13,271 nucleotides of DNA, from contig JAWXBZ010000026.1 in assembly GCA_034440375.1 (NCBI GenBank), positions 1 through 13,271 on the forward strand, read 5' to 3'. Each line of letters opens with the position of its first letter. Position 1 is the stretch's first letter. The position numbers and the translations under genes were made by a program. Shown piece after piece: positions 1 through 8,267 of this stretch. A model generated the notes under the pieces. The model made no database searches. It was not told the origin of the DNA and saw only the letters and a program-made list of their open reading frames with translations. Origin of the DNA: Candidatus Eiseniibacteriota bacterium (lineage in GTDB: Bacteria > Eisenbacteria > RBG-16-71-46 > JABDJR01 > JAWXBZ01).

Positions 1-1
1 A

Positions 2-589
2 GCCAAACTCCGGATGGATCAGCGGCGCCGGATGGGGAATGGCCGGCACCGCGCTGTGCAGGAGAAAGCCGGTCACGCCGTACCGGCTGGCCAGCCGGTG
101 CGACTGTTGGCCCGTCTGGGTTATCACCGCATGAGCCCGGGTCAGTCCACGGCGATACAGGAAGCGATCTCGCCAGTTGGCGGAGGCCTCCCAGCCCCCG
201 TCGACATTGGAATCATTCGATATCATGAAGACAAAGCGAAAGCCGTCTCGATGAGCCTGGTCGGCCAGAAGCCCGACGAACGGTGAGGCGGATCGGAGAA
301 TCACGACGTCCGGTCGCTCGCTTCGAATCACGTCGCCGAGCCTCTTTGCGGCAGTGAAGACGCCGAAGAAAGGAAGCCCCTGCCTTGCCGACCAGGCCTG
401 CCGAACGCGGACCCCCATGACGACGGCTTCCGCCGCGGTGTCATCCCCCTCGGTCAGGATGACCACCTCGTGCCCCCGCGCCGCCAACCCCCGGGCCAGT
501 CGCGTCACCTGGAGTTCGGCACCCCCGTGGATTCCCGGAGTGTCTGTGGCCACGTTCCATGCCTGCGGGCTGACGAAGGTGATGCGCAT
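2..589 (-). CDS. Glycosyltransferase family 4 (GT-B), N-terminal part; runs off the window edge
   Basis: Not in the ORF track; read manually. ATG at 589-587 overlaps the flippase TGA (TGATG). Open frame to the edge: MRITFVSPQAW...HGGAELQVTRLARGLAARGHEVVILT...RSERPDVVILRS..., a typical GT4 N-terminal motif set. Confidence 0.88.
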   Translation of the reverse strand, partial: MRITFVSPQAWNVATDTPGIHGGAELQVTRLARGLAARGHEVVILTEGDDTAAEAVVMGVRVRQAWSARQGLPFFGVFTAAKRLGDVIRSERPDVVILRSASPFVGLLADQAHRDGFRFVFMISNDSNVDGGWEASANWRDRFLYRRGLTRAHAVITQTGQQSHRLASRYGVTGFLLHSAVPAIPHPAPLIHPEFG

Positions 590-1905
590 CAGGGCCGACC
601 GCCGCCGGTCACTTGATTCCACAGCTGTGTCGCGGCGGCGGGATAGATTTTCAGATCCTCAACGGTCGGCACGAGGCACGACCGGTAGCCGGTGCCCGAT
701 ACGCGGACGAAGAGGACCAGCATTACGAGACCGTTCACGATATAGGCCAGCGAGGTGGCGATGGCCGCACCGGTCACGTTGAGGGCGCCGATCAGGAAGA
801 ACAGGAGCGGTATGTTGACGAGGAGCGACAGCACCGAGGCGATCGAGTTCAGTCTTGGCTGGCCAACGCCCGAGAGATATTTTGACAGCACCCGGTTCAA
901 CACGCTGGCCAGGATCCCCGGCAGCAGCAGGTTCATCGGTGTCACGGAGGCCCTGAATCCATCGCCATACAAAAGATTGATCACCCATGGCCCGGTGACC
1001 CACAGGCCGAGGCAGGCCACCGCGGTGATCAACATCGTGTGGCGACAGACCATCGGCGTCAGGCGGTTGGCTTCCTCGCGGCTGGAGGAAGCAACGCGCG
1101 GAAAGAGAATGCGCCCCACCGAATCGGGGAGATACCAGAGCACCTGCGCCATGCTGGTGGCCACTGAGAAGAGGCCCACCGCCGCGGCGCCTGCCAGCGA
1201 GGAGAGGATCAGCGTCGAGATCTGGTGATTGGCCCGCATGGCCATGTTGCCGACGTGCGTCACGGCGCTGTATCGAAGTTGATCCTTTGCCAGGCTACGA
1301 TCGATGCGCCAGTCAAAGCCGGTGCGTGTCACGAGCCCCACCACGTAAAGAATGCCGGTCAGGATCCACGAGGCGAATTCGGCGGCTACGGCCCCGGCGA
1401 CACCAGCTTTCAGCGGCACGAGCGCGATGAAAAGAAAGACTGCCCGCGACACATGCAGCGTGAGATTCCCGGCAATGAACCAGGAAAGTCGATTCATCGC
1501 AATCAGCATGCCATCGCCATAGTTCTTGAGCAGCATGAGCGGCAGTACCGCGAGGCCCGCCAGGACGAACCGCACGGGGACGTCGGGCACCACCTCCCGG
1601 ACAATCGGACCAAGCCCCGCGAGGCAGACCCCCAGGTACAGAATGCCCAGGCCGAATGCGGCAATCAGCGTATGGCTCACCACCCGCCGGGCGTCGACAC
1701 CCCGCCCGAGGAAGTAGGTGCTGGCCTCACCAATCGACAACGAACCGAGGCTGGCCAGGAAGCTGGGCAGGTAAAAAGCCAGGAGGGCGATTCCCTTTCC
1801 CTCCGGCCCCAGCAGCCGGGCGGTCAGGACCCCCGCGCCCATGCCGAACACCAACTGGATGATGCTGGTCAGGAAGATCAGCATCGATTGCCGGCGAATG
1901 CTCAA
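589..1905 (-). CDS. Wzx-like oligosaccharide flippase / polysaccharide biosynthesis membrane protein (MOP superfamily)
   Basis: 438 aa with many hydrophobic helices; motifs ARLLGPEGKG, AVGLFSVA, ILFPRVA, LYGDGF, GAAIATSLAY. The TTG start overlaps the upstream TGA; an alternative ATG lies at 1884. Confidence 0.88.
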   Translation of the reverse strand: MSIRRQSMLIFLTSIIQLVFGMGAGVLTARLLGPEGKGIALLAFYLPSFLASLGSLSIGEASTYFLGRGVDARRVVSHTLIAAFGLGILYLGVCLAGLGPIVREVVPDVPVRFVLAGLAVLPLMLLKNYGDGMLIAMNRLSWFIAGNLTLHVSRAVFLFIALVPLKAGVAGAVAAEFASWILTGILYVVGLVTRTGFDWRIDRSLAKDQLRYSAVTHVGNMAMRANHQISTLILSSLAGAAAVGLFSVATSMAQVLWYLPDSVGRILFPRVASSSREEANRLTPMVCRHTMLITAVACLGLWVTGPWVINLLYGDGFRASVTPMNLLLPGILASVLNRVLSKYLSGVGQPRLNSIASVLSLLVNIPLLFFLIGALNVTGAAIATSLAYIVNGLVMLVLFVRVSGTGYRSCLVPTVEDLKIYPAAATQLWNQVTGGGRP

Positions 1906-2999
1906 GCCATGACCTTTTCAAAGAGGGTGGACAGGGTTTCAACCGCCACCGGCACATCGTACCGATTCTCGGCCTCCAGGCGATTGTACCGGCCGATGAC
2001 GCGGCGTCGCTCCGGGTCGCGTATCAGGCCCCGCAGCGCTTCCACAAACCCTTCGATGTCGCCCGGCTCTCTCAAGTGGCCATGAATGTTTTCGGTCACC
2101 ATTTCCGGAATCACCGGCACATCGGTGGTCACGACCGGCAGCCCCGCGGCCATCGCCTCGAGCACGACGTTGGGAAAGATTTCGGCATAGGTCGGCAGGA
2201 CGAAGATGTCGGCGCCGGCAAAGAGAGCCGCCTTCTCGTCTCCCGAGCGATAGCCGTGGAAGACGAGATGATCGCCGAGGCCGAGTTCGGAAGTTCGTTC
2301 CCGGATCCAGCGCTCCTCCGCCCCGGTTTCGGCGATCCCGACCAGGTCGACTCGAAAGTTGGGGTCGGTCTCCTTCAGTTGTCCGGCCACCTCCAGGAGA
2401 TCGAACGCCCCCTTGTCGCGCGAGAGCCGGCCGACGAAGAGAATCCGTACCGGGCCTTCGCCGGTCCGTTCCAGAGGCGGGGCGATGGCTGACACGTCGA
2501 CCACATTCGGCAGGACAATGATCGGTTGCCCCGGGAACATCCGCCCGAAGATCGTCTGGAGGCCGGGGGAGAGGACGATCGTCACGCTGGCCATCCGCAT
2601 CGCGCGGGCCACCTGCCGCGGCCAGAACCCGGTTTCGGCGAAGAGGCGTCCCATCGGTCGGCCATGAAGATGACAGACCACCTTCAGGCCAAAGAGGCGT
2701 GCGATGGCCATCAGGGTGGCGTCGCGGATGAATCCGGTATCGCTGGTGGCCTTCAGGTAGACCAACCCCGGGCGGCGGCGGATCAGGCGCCCCACCATCC
2801 GGAGGCTGTTCCAAACCAGGTAGGGAAAGCTCCAGATGTCCGCCTGGCTGACCTTCACGTGCCGGACGTGCTTGGAGGTTCGAAGCAGGTCCAGGTCATA
2901 GCGGCGGGAAAGGTCGGACCGCAAGAGGAGGCTCATGTTGTTCCCCAGCCCGCCGAACGGGGGGGGAAAGGGTCCGACCATCAGGATTTTTGGCTTCAT
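1902..2999 (-). CDS. Glycosyltransferase family 4 (GT-B, retaining)
   Basis: 365 aa; KILMVGPFPPPFGG, ILFVGRLSRDKG, ADIFVLPTYAEIFPNVVLEAMAAGLPVV (E-x7-E motif). Confidence 0.93.
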   Translation of the reverse strand: MKPKILMVGPFPPPFGGLGNNMSLLLRSDLSRRYDLDLLRTSKHVRHVKVSQADIWSFPYLVWNSLRMVGRLIRRRPGLVYLKATSDTGFIRDATLMAIARLFGLKVVCHLHGRPMGRLFAETGFWPRQVARAMRMASVTIVLSPGLQTIFGRMFPGQPIIVLPNVVDVSAIAPPLERTGEGPVRILFVGRLSRDKGAFDLLEVAGQLKETDPNFRVDLVGIAETGAEERWIRERTSELGLGDHLVFHGYRSGDEKAALFAGADIFVLPTYAEIFPNVVLEAMAAGLPVVTTDVPVIPEMVTENIHGHLREPGDIEGFVEALRGLIRDPERRRVIGRYNRLEAENRYDVPVAVETLSTLFEKVMA

Positions 3000-3027
3000 A
3001 AAATGGTTTTCGGAAACCGCGCTGCAA

Positions 3028-3036
3028 ATTGTACCA
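3028..3036 (-). promoter_or_regulatory. Putative extended -10 promoter (TGgTACAAT) for the GT4-flippase-GT4 operon
   Basis: The minus strand reads TGGTACAAT 28 nt upstream of the ATG at 2999, in an AT-richer divergent intergenic region. Confidence 0.55.
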
Positions 3037-3096
3037 GAAAGACTTAAGCCGGACGATATTCCGACTTTGCCGGTGGGCGGTCAACGCGGAACGGGC

Positions 3097-3102
3097 TACC
3101 AT
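3097..3102 (+). promoter_or_regulatory. Possible -10 box (TACCAT) 7 nt before ATG 3110; leaderless-type arrangement
   Basis: ggcTACCATgggcggcATG; no SD before either in-frame ATG (3101, 3110). Confidence 0.4.
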
Positions 3103-3109
3103 GGGCGGC

Positions 3110-4237
3110 ATGCGAGTGGCATTTGTGGCCTCGACACTGGCAATGGGCGGGGCGGAGCGGATCACGGGCGAGGCATCGGAGCGGCTGGTCGCCCGGGGCC
3201 ACGAGGTCGTCTGGCTGCTCCTTCGTGAACCGGGTCTCGAGGGGGAGCGGCTCCTTAAGCGGGGCATGGTCATCGAATCGGGCCTCGGCCATCGACGATT
3301 CGATCCGTTCACGCCGGGGCGCCTGGCCGCGCGCCTAGAGGCCCACGGTGTCGAGGCGGTCTGGTGTCTTGATCATCAGAATGCGGTGGTCAATCTGGCG
3401 TTGGCGTCGCGCCGGTCGCCGATCATGGAGCGCCTTTTCCTTGCCGTCCACACCACCGGACTCTGGGGTGGCGGGTCGAGTGTTCCGCGTGGTGTGCGGG
3501 CGGTGTTGCCAATTTTCACAAATGTGATCGCGGTGGCCGAGGCGCAACGGCGGTATCTGGTTGATGGGCTTGGCATGTTGGAGGGGCAGGTGGTGGTGGT
3601 TCGGAATGGGATTGATGTTTCCCGATTCTCGGCGACGCTGGAACGAACCACCCGGGCCGTGGAATTCCGTCGATCCTGGGCCGGCGCCTCGACGGGCCCG
3701 ATAGTGGGAGTCATCGCGGCGCTTCGTCCGGAGAAGGGGCACATCGATCTGATCGACGTCCTCGCAACAAACGCCGATCGGCTCGGGTCGGTTCATCTCG
3801 TTCTCGTTGGTGACGGCCCGATGCGCAAGGCGATCGAAAAGCGGGCGGCGGGACGAAACGTCCGCGTCCATTTCCTCGGGGCCCGCTCGGACGTGGCCGA
3901 TCTGTTGCCGGCGTTCGATCTGGTTGTGCTCCCGTCGCGCCCCGTCGTCGAAACGTTGCCCCTGTCGGTCATGGAGGCGATGGCGGCGGGTCGGCCGGTT
4001 GTGGCCACCCGGGTCGGGGCGCTCGATGAGCTGATTGAGGACGGCGTGAGCGGCTGGCTGGTGCCGCCCTTGGACCCGGCCGCCCTGGCCGATCGCCTGG
4101 TTGCCTGCTTCGGCGATCCGGGTGGAATGACCCGGATTGGCCGGAACGCCGCGGAACGTGCCCGGTCCTTCGACATCGAAACCACCGTGGATGCGATGGC
4201 CCGACTTCTCACAGGCCCTCGTCAAGGATTGCTATAA
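3110..4237 (+). CDS. Glycosyltransferase family 4 (GT-B)
   Basis: MRVAFVASTLAMGGAER...LVARGHEV; VRNGID; ALRPEKGH; FLGARSDVADLL; ETLPLSVMEAMAAGRPVVAT. Start placed at ATG 3110 (GT4-like N-terminus) rather than the track's TTG 3029; ATG 3101 is also possible. Confidence 0.92.
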   Translation: MRVAFVASTLAMGGAERITGEASERLVARGHEVVWLLLREPGLEGERLLKRGMVIESGLGHRRFDPFTPGRLAARLEAHGVEAVWCLDHQNAVVNLALASRRSPIMERLFLAVHTTGLWGGGSSVPRGVRAVLPIFTNVIAVAEAQRRYLVDGLGMLEGQVVVVRNGIDVSRFSATLERTTRAVEFRRSWAGASTGPIVGVIAALRPEKGHIDLIDVLATNADRLGSVHLVLVGDGPMRKAIEKRAAGRNVRVHFLGARSDVADLLPAFDLVVLPSRPVVETLPLSVMEAMAAGRPVVATRVGALDELIEDGVSGWLVPPLDPAALADRLVACFGDPGGMTRIGRNAAERARSFDIETTVDAMARLLTGPRQGLL

Positions 4238-4238
4238 T
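4230..4238 (+). promoter_or_regulatory. Consensus extended -10 promoter (TGcTATAAT) upstream of the carbamoyltransferase fusion
   Basis: Perfect TGnTATAAT overlapping the GT4 stop codon (TAA 4235-4237). GGAG at 4262-4265 precedes ATG 4276. Confidence 0.6.
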
Positions 4239-4275
4239 CGTGCGTTCCATTCGCCTAGATCGGAGAACCTGACGC

Positions 4276-7200
4276 ATGATCCAGCCCTCGACCACGCACC
4301 GGATGATCCTGGCGCACCATCCCCGCTTTGGCCAGCTTTACGTGCCGGGGATCAACGCCCGCGTCCCGGGCCCGGCGGGGCCGTACTTCCTTTCGACCAA
4401 CGGCCAGGGTTTCCGCTCGGACTGGGAGTTCCGCCGCGAAAAGAGCGGCAAGCCCCGTATCCTGGTCTTCGGCGATTCGTATACCGCGGGGGATGGCGTT
4501 ACGAATCAAGCTCGTTTCGCCGAGAAACTGGGCGAAACCTACGGCGCTGAAGTTTTCAACTTCGGTGTCGCCGGCACCGGCACCGACCAGCACCTGATGA
4601 TTTTCGAGGAAGTGGCCAAAAGCGTCCCCGCCGACCTGATCATCCTTGCCGTGGCCGTCCACAACATCGATCGGATCAAGGTCGGCTACCGAGAATATAT
4701 CGAACGGACGACCGGCGAGCGGGTCCTCGGGGCAAAACCCTTCTTCGAGCTGGCGAATGGACAGCTCGAACTGCGCGGCGTGCCCGTCCCCATCGAGCGC
4801 CCGCGGGCGGCCGATGCCAGGAAGGGCACCTACGAAGAACCGGTCCTCCACGACAATGACGGCGGCTTCAGCCTCATCAACAAGGTCCGCGACGGCCTGC
4901 GGCTCCGCCAGTTCGAGTCGACGATCGAGAAACACGCACCCGATCTCAAGCCGTCGATTCGGGCTAAACTCCTCAGGGCCAGGAATTTCCAGCCGCACGA
5001 GGACTACCGCTCGGCCAACACGCCCGGGTGGCAACTCATGCAGGCGATCCTGGCGCGCTTCGTCGCCGGCTCCCGGCCGACGCCGCTCCTCATTGTGCCG
5101 ATCCCCACCTGGTACTTTTACTATGACGAAGTGCCGCCGATCTACCAGCCGCTCTTCGAATCGCTGGAAGACCGATCGAAGGAAGTCCACGTCATGGACT
5201 TGACGACACCGCTCGTCAGCCTGCCGCGCGCCGAGCGCCGCCGGATCCCGCTTGGAACCGACACACATTTTTCGCCGGAAGGGCATGCCCGAATCGCCGA
5301 CCTGATCGCCGCCGAGATCGACAAACGGGGGATCCTGCCCGGTCGACGCGAAGCCATGGCTTTGAGCGTCGTCGGACGCCGCGCAAGGTCAGCCGAACCG
5401 CCGCCCGGCGCCGGCAGTGACAAGCCGCGCTACATCCTGGGACTCTCCTGTTTCTACCACAATTCCGGTGCGGCGCTGCTCCGGGACGGCCAGATCGTGG
5501 CCGCCGCCGAGGAGGAGCGTTTCAGCCGCATCAAGAACGACCCGCGCTTCCCGGTGTCGGCCGTCAATTTCTGCCTCGAAGAAGGAAACATCCAGCCGAA
5601 CGACCTCGCGGCGGTCGTCTACTACGACAACCCCGCGCTGACCTTCGAGCGGATCTTTCACACCCTCCTGTCGCTGGGCGAAAAGGGGGAAGAGGCCTGG
5701 ATGCGCATCCTCCCGTTCTGGGTGGGGCAAAAGCTCCACATCCCCGAACTGGTTCGGGAAGCCCTCGGCTACGGGGGCCTCGTCCTGCAGGAGACGCATC
5801 ACCGAAGCCACGCCGCCAGCGCCTTCTATCCCTCCCCCTTCGCGCGAGCCGCCATCCTGACCATTGATGGCGTGGGGGAGTGGGCCACCGCCACCGTTGG
5901 CGTCGGCCGTGACGCCGACTTGACGCTTCTCCAGGAGATGCGCTTTCCGCACTCTCTTGGGCTTCTGTATTCCGCGTTCACCCAGTTCACCGGCTTCAAG
6001 GTGAATTCCGGCGAGTACAAGATGATGGGTTTGGCTCCCTACGGCGAACCGAAGTACGTCGATCGAATCCTCGAGAAGCTGGTCAGCCTCAAGGATGACG
6101 GCTCGATCGAGCTCAACATGGAGTATTTCGGCTTCCTGCACGAAGCCTCCATGACTTCGGACAAGATGGCTGAGCTCTTCGACGGCCCCCCCCGCGAAAT
6201 GGAAAGCCGCATCACCCGGCGTGAAATGGACATGGCCCGATCGGTCCAGGTCGTCACCGAAGAGGCCATGCTCCGCATGGCCCGCCACGCGAAGAAGCTC
6301 ACCGGTGAATCAAAGCTCTGCCTGGCGGGCGGCGTGGCGCTGAACTGCGTGGCCAACGGCCGTGTCCTGCGTGAAGGCCCGTTCGACGATCTGTGGATCC
6401 AGCCGGCGGCGGGCGATTCCGGCGGTGCTCTCGGCGCCGCCTACGACGTGCATCACAACTGGTTCAAGCAACCGCGCGTCAGGACGACCGACGGACGCGC
6501 GGCCATGAAGGCCTCCTGGTGGGGTCCGGGCTACTCCAACAACGAAATTGATGCCTTCCTGAAAACGTACGGCTGCCCGGCCATCAAGCTGGCGCCTGAG
6601 GACCGTGCTGGCCGCATTGCCGACCTGCTTGCCGAAGGCAAGATCATCGGTCACTTCGCCGGCCGCACCGAGTTCGGCCCCCGGGCGCTGGGAGCCCGTT
6701 CCATCATCGGCGATCCCCGCAATCCCGACATGCAGGCCAGGCTGAATCTCAAGATCAAGTTCCGCGAGTCGTTCCGCCCCTTTGCGCCGGCCGTCCTGGC
6801 AGAACGGATCGGCGACTACTTCGAGCTCGATCGCGAAAGCCCCTATATGCTTCTAGTGGCCCCTGTCCGCAAGGAACGCCGCCTGGTCCCCGAAAAGGTG
6901 GAAGGGGAGGACATGCTCGTCACCGTGAAGCAGCTCCGCAGCGACATCCCCGCCATTACCCACATCGACTACTCCGCCCGCGTCCAATCCGCAACCCGGG
7001 AAGACACTGGCCCCTACTACGACCTCATCAAAGCGTTCGAAACCAAAACCGGTTGCGCCGTCATCGTCAACACCTCGTTCAACGTCCGAGGCGAACCGAT
7101 CGTGAACACGCCAGCCGAGGCCTACCGCTGCTTCATGAAGACACACATGGATGCGCTGGTCCTGGGCGACTATCTCCTCCTGAAAGAAGAGCAGCCGGCG

Positions 7201-7614
7201 TCGTCGGCGCTGCCGGAGCCGGTATCGAAGGAAGCTCCCGCGCGCGAACTTGATCCCGCGACATCCGAGGAACTCCGCAAGATATACCGCGAAGAGTTTC
7301 TGCCGCTGGCGAAGCGGCTGGCCGGAAACGGCGTGGAAGTGTCCGAAAAGCCAACCGGCAAATCCAGCCTCTGGCGGGAACTCAACGAGTCCGCCGATCC
7401 CAGGGTCATCTTTCAGATTCCCGAGAGCCTGTCCGACCCGGCGGCGCCTCCCGCCGAGGCCGCCCGCGCCATCCTCGGCTATTGGTCCGAAGGCCCAGTC
7501 AAATCCGCCGCCGAACCGGTGCTGACGCGATTGCTGACGTTGAGCCGGAAGCTGCCGCTGGCGATCGACCAGGGGCACGCCACGGTTCATGACACGATTT
7601 ATGTAATGTACTAG
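4276..7614 (+). CDS. Fusion: N-terminal SGNH/GDSL hydrolase-like domain + NodU/CmcH/TobZ-family O-carbamoyltransferase + C-terminal extension
   Basis: 1112-aa uninterrupted ORF. SGNH blocks: FGDSY (Ser68), NFGVAGTG, HNID, TDTHFS (Asp329/His331). Carbamoyltransferase from about residue 386: EEERFSRIK, HHRSHAASAF, IDGVGE, GEYKMMGLAPYG, AGGVALNC, PAAGDSG, EFGPRALGARS, KIKFRESFRPFAP, THIDYSARVQ, NTSFNVRGEPIV. Confidence 0.93.
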   Translation: MIQPSTTHRMILAHHPRFGQLYVPGINARVPGPAGPYFLSTNGQGFRSDWEFRREKSGKPRILVFGDSYTAGDGVTNQARFAEKLGETYGAEVFNFGVAGTGTDQHLMIFEEVAKSVPADLIILAVAVHNIDRIKVGYREYIERTTGERVLGAKPFFELANGQLELRGVPVPIERPRAADARKGTYEEPVLHDNDGGFSLINKVRDGLRLRQFESTIEKHAPDLKPSIRAKLLRARNFQPHEDYRSANTPGWQLMQAILARFVAGSRPTPLLIVPIPTWYFYYDEVPPIYQPLFESLEDRSKEVHVMDLTTPLVSLPRAERRRIPLGTDTHFSPEGHARIADLIAAEIDKRGILPGRREAMALSVVGRRARSAEPPPGAGSDKPRYILGLSCFYHNSGAALLRDGQIVAAAEEERFSRIKNDPRFPVSAVNFCLEEGNIQPNDLAAVVYYDNPALTFERIFHTLLSLGEKGEEAWMRILPFWVGQKLHIPELVREALGYGGLVLQETHHRSHAASAFYPSPFARAAILTIDGVGEWATATVGVGRDADLTLLQEMRFPHSLGLLYSAFTQFTGFKVNSGEYKMMGLAPYGEPKYVDRILEKLVSLKDDGSIELNMEYFGFLHEASMTSDKMAELFDGPPREMESRITRREMDMARSVQVVTEEAMLRMARHAKKLTGESKLCLAGGVALNCVANGRVLREGPFDDLWIQPAAGDSGGALGAAYDVHHNWFKQPRVRTTDGRAAMKASWWGPGYSNNEIDAFLKTYGCPAIKLAPEDRAGRIADLLAEGKIIGHFAGRTEFGPRALGARSIIGDPRNPDMQARLNLKIKFRESFRPFAPAVLAERIGDYFELDRESPYMLLVAPVRKERRLVPEKVEGEDMLVTVKQLRSDIPAITHIDYSARVQSATREDTGPYYDLIKAFETKTGCAVIVNTSFNVRGEPIVNTPAEAYRCFMKTHMDALVLGDYLLLKEEQPASSALPEPVSKEAPARELDPATSEELRKIYREEFLPLAKRLAGNGVEVSEKPTGKSSLWRELNESADPRVIFQIPESLSDPAAPPAEAARAILGYWSEGPVKSAAEPVLTRLLTLSRKLPLAIDQGHATVHDTIYVMY

Positions 7615-8267
7615 CATGACATGCCCCTGACACTTCACTTCCTGCGCCACGGACAGACGCCCTTCAGTCGCGAGAATGTCTTCTGTGGATCCGGGCTGGA
7701 CCCGGACTTGACCGATGACGGTCTGGAGATGGCGAAAGGCTTTGCCGCGGTGTATCGCGTCACGCCCTGGAACGCCGTCTATGCCAGCCCGCTCCAGCGA
7801 GCGGTAGCGACCGCGCAGCCACTGTGTCGGGCGATTCCGATGAAAATGGAATTGCGTGATGACCTGAAAGAGATCAGCTACGGCAAGTGGGAGGGGATGT
7901 CGGCGGAGGCGGTGAACCGGGAATATCACGATGACTACATCCGGTGGTCAACCGATCCAGCCTGGAATGCGCCGACGGAGGGAGAGCCGGCCATCATGAT
8001 CGCGCGGCGGGGCCTGCGAGTGATCGAGGAGATTACCCAGGCACATCGAACCGGCAATGTCCTGATCGTCTCGCACAAGGCCACGATCAGAATCCTGTTG
8101 TGCAGCCTTCTGGGAATCGACCTGGGGCGCTTCCGATCCCGCCTGGCCTGTCCGGTAAGCTCCATCAGTTTGATTGAGCTTGGCAGCCAGGGGCCCCAGC
8201 TGAAGGTACTGGCGGATCGAGCCCACCTGAACGAGCGGCTGAGGCAATTGCCCGGGACATGACATGC
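7615..8267. repeat. 10-bp direct repeat CATGACATGC at 7615-7624 and 8258-8267, bracketing the phosphatase gene
   Basis: Exact match read directly from the sequence. The left copy contains the ATG (7621) and the right copy contains the TGA (8260-8262). Confidence 0.75.
7621..8262 (+). CDS. Histidine phosphatase superfamily protein (phosphoglycerate mutase-like, branch 1)
   Basis: 213 aa; LRHGQT (RHG), YASPLQRA, LKEISYGKWEG, LIVSHKATIR. Confidence 0.93.
   Translation: MPLTLHFLRHGQTPFSRENVFCGSGLDPDLTDDGLEMAKGFAAVYRVTPWNAVYASPLQRAVATAQPLCRAIPMKMELRDDLKEISYGKWEGMSAEAVNREYHDDYIRWSTDPAWNAPTEGEPAIMIARRGLRVIEEITQAHRTGNVLIVSHKATIRILLCSLLGIDLGRFRSRLACPVSSISLIELGSQGPQLKVLADRAHLNERLRQLPGT

Noticed and set aside
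3029-3109. TTG start at 3029 for the plus-strand GT4
   Set aside because: The extension has no GT4 character and overlaps the divergent promoter; MRVAFV at 3110 matches the family N-terminus.
5356-5358. In-frame ATG in the linker as a separate carbamoyltransferase start
   Set aside because: No upstream stop and no SD; the ORF is continuous.
4276-7614. Saxitoxin or antibiotic biosynthesis (sxtI/sxtL, tobZ, nodU) assignment
   Set aside because: No other pathway genes are present and the context is GTs plus a flippase, so no gene symbol was assigned.
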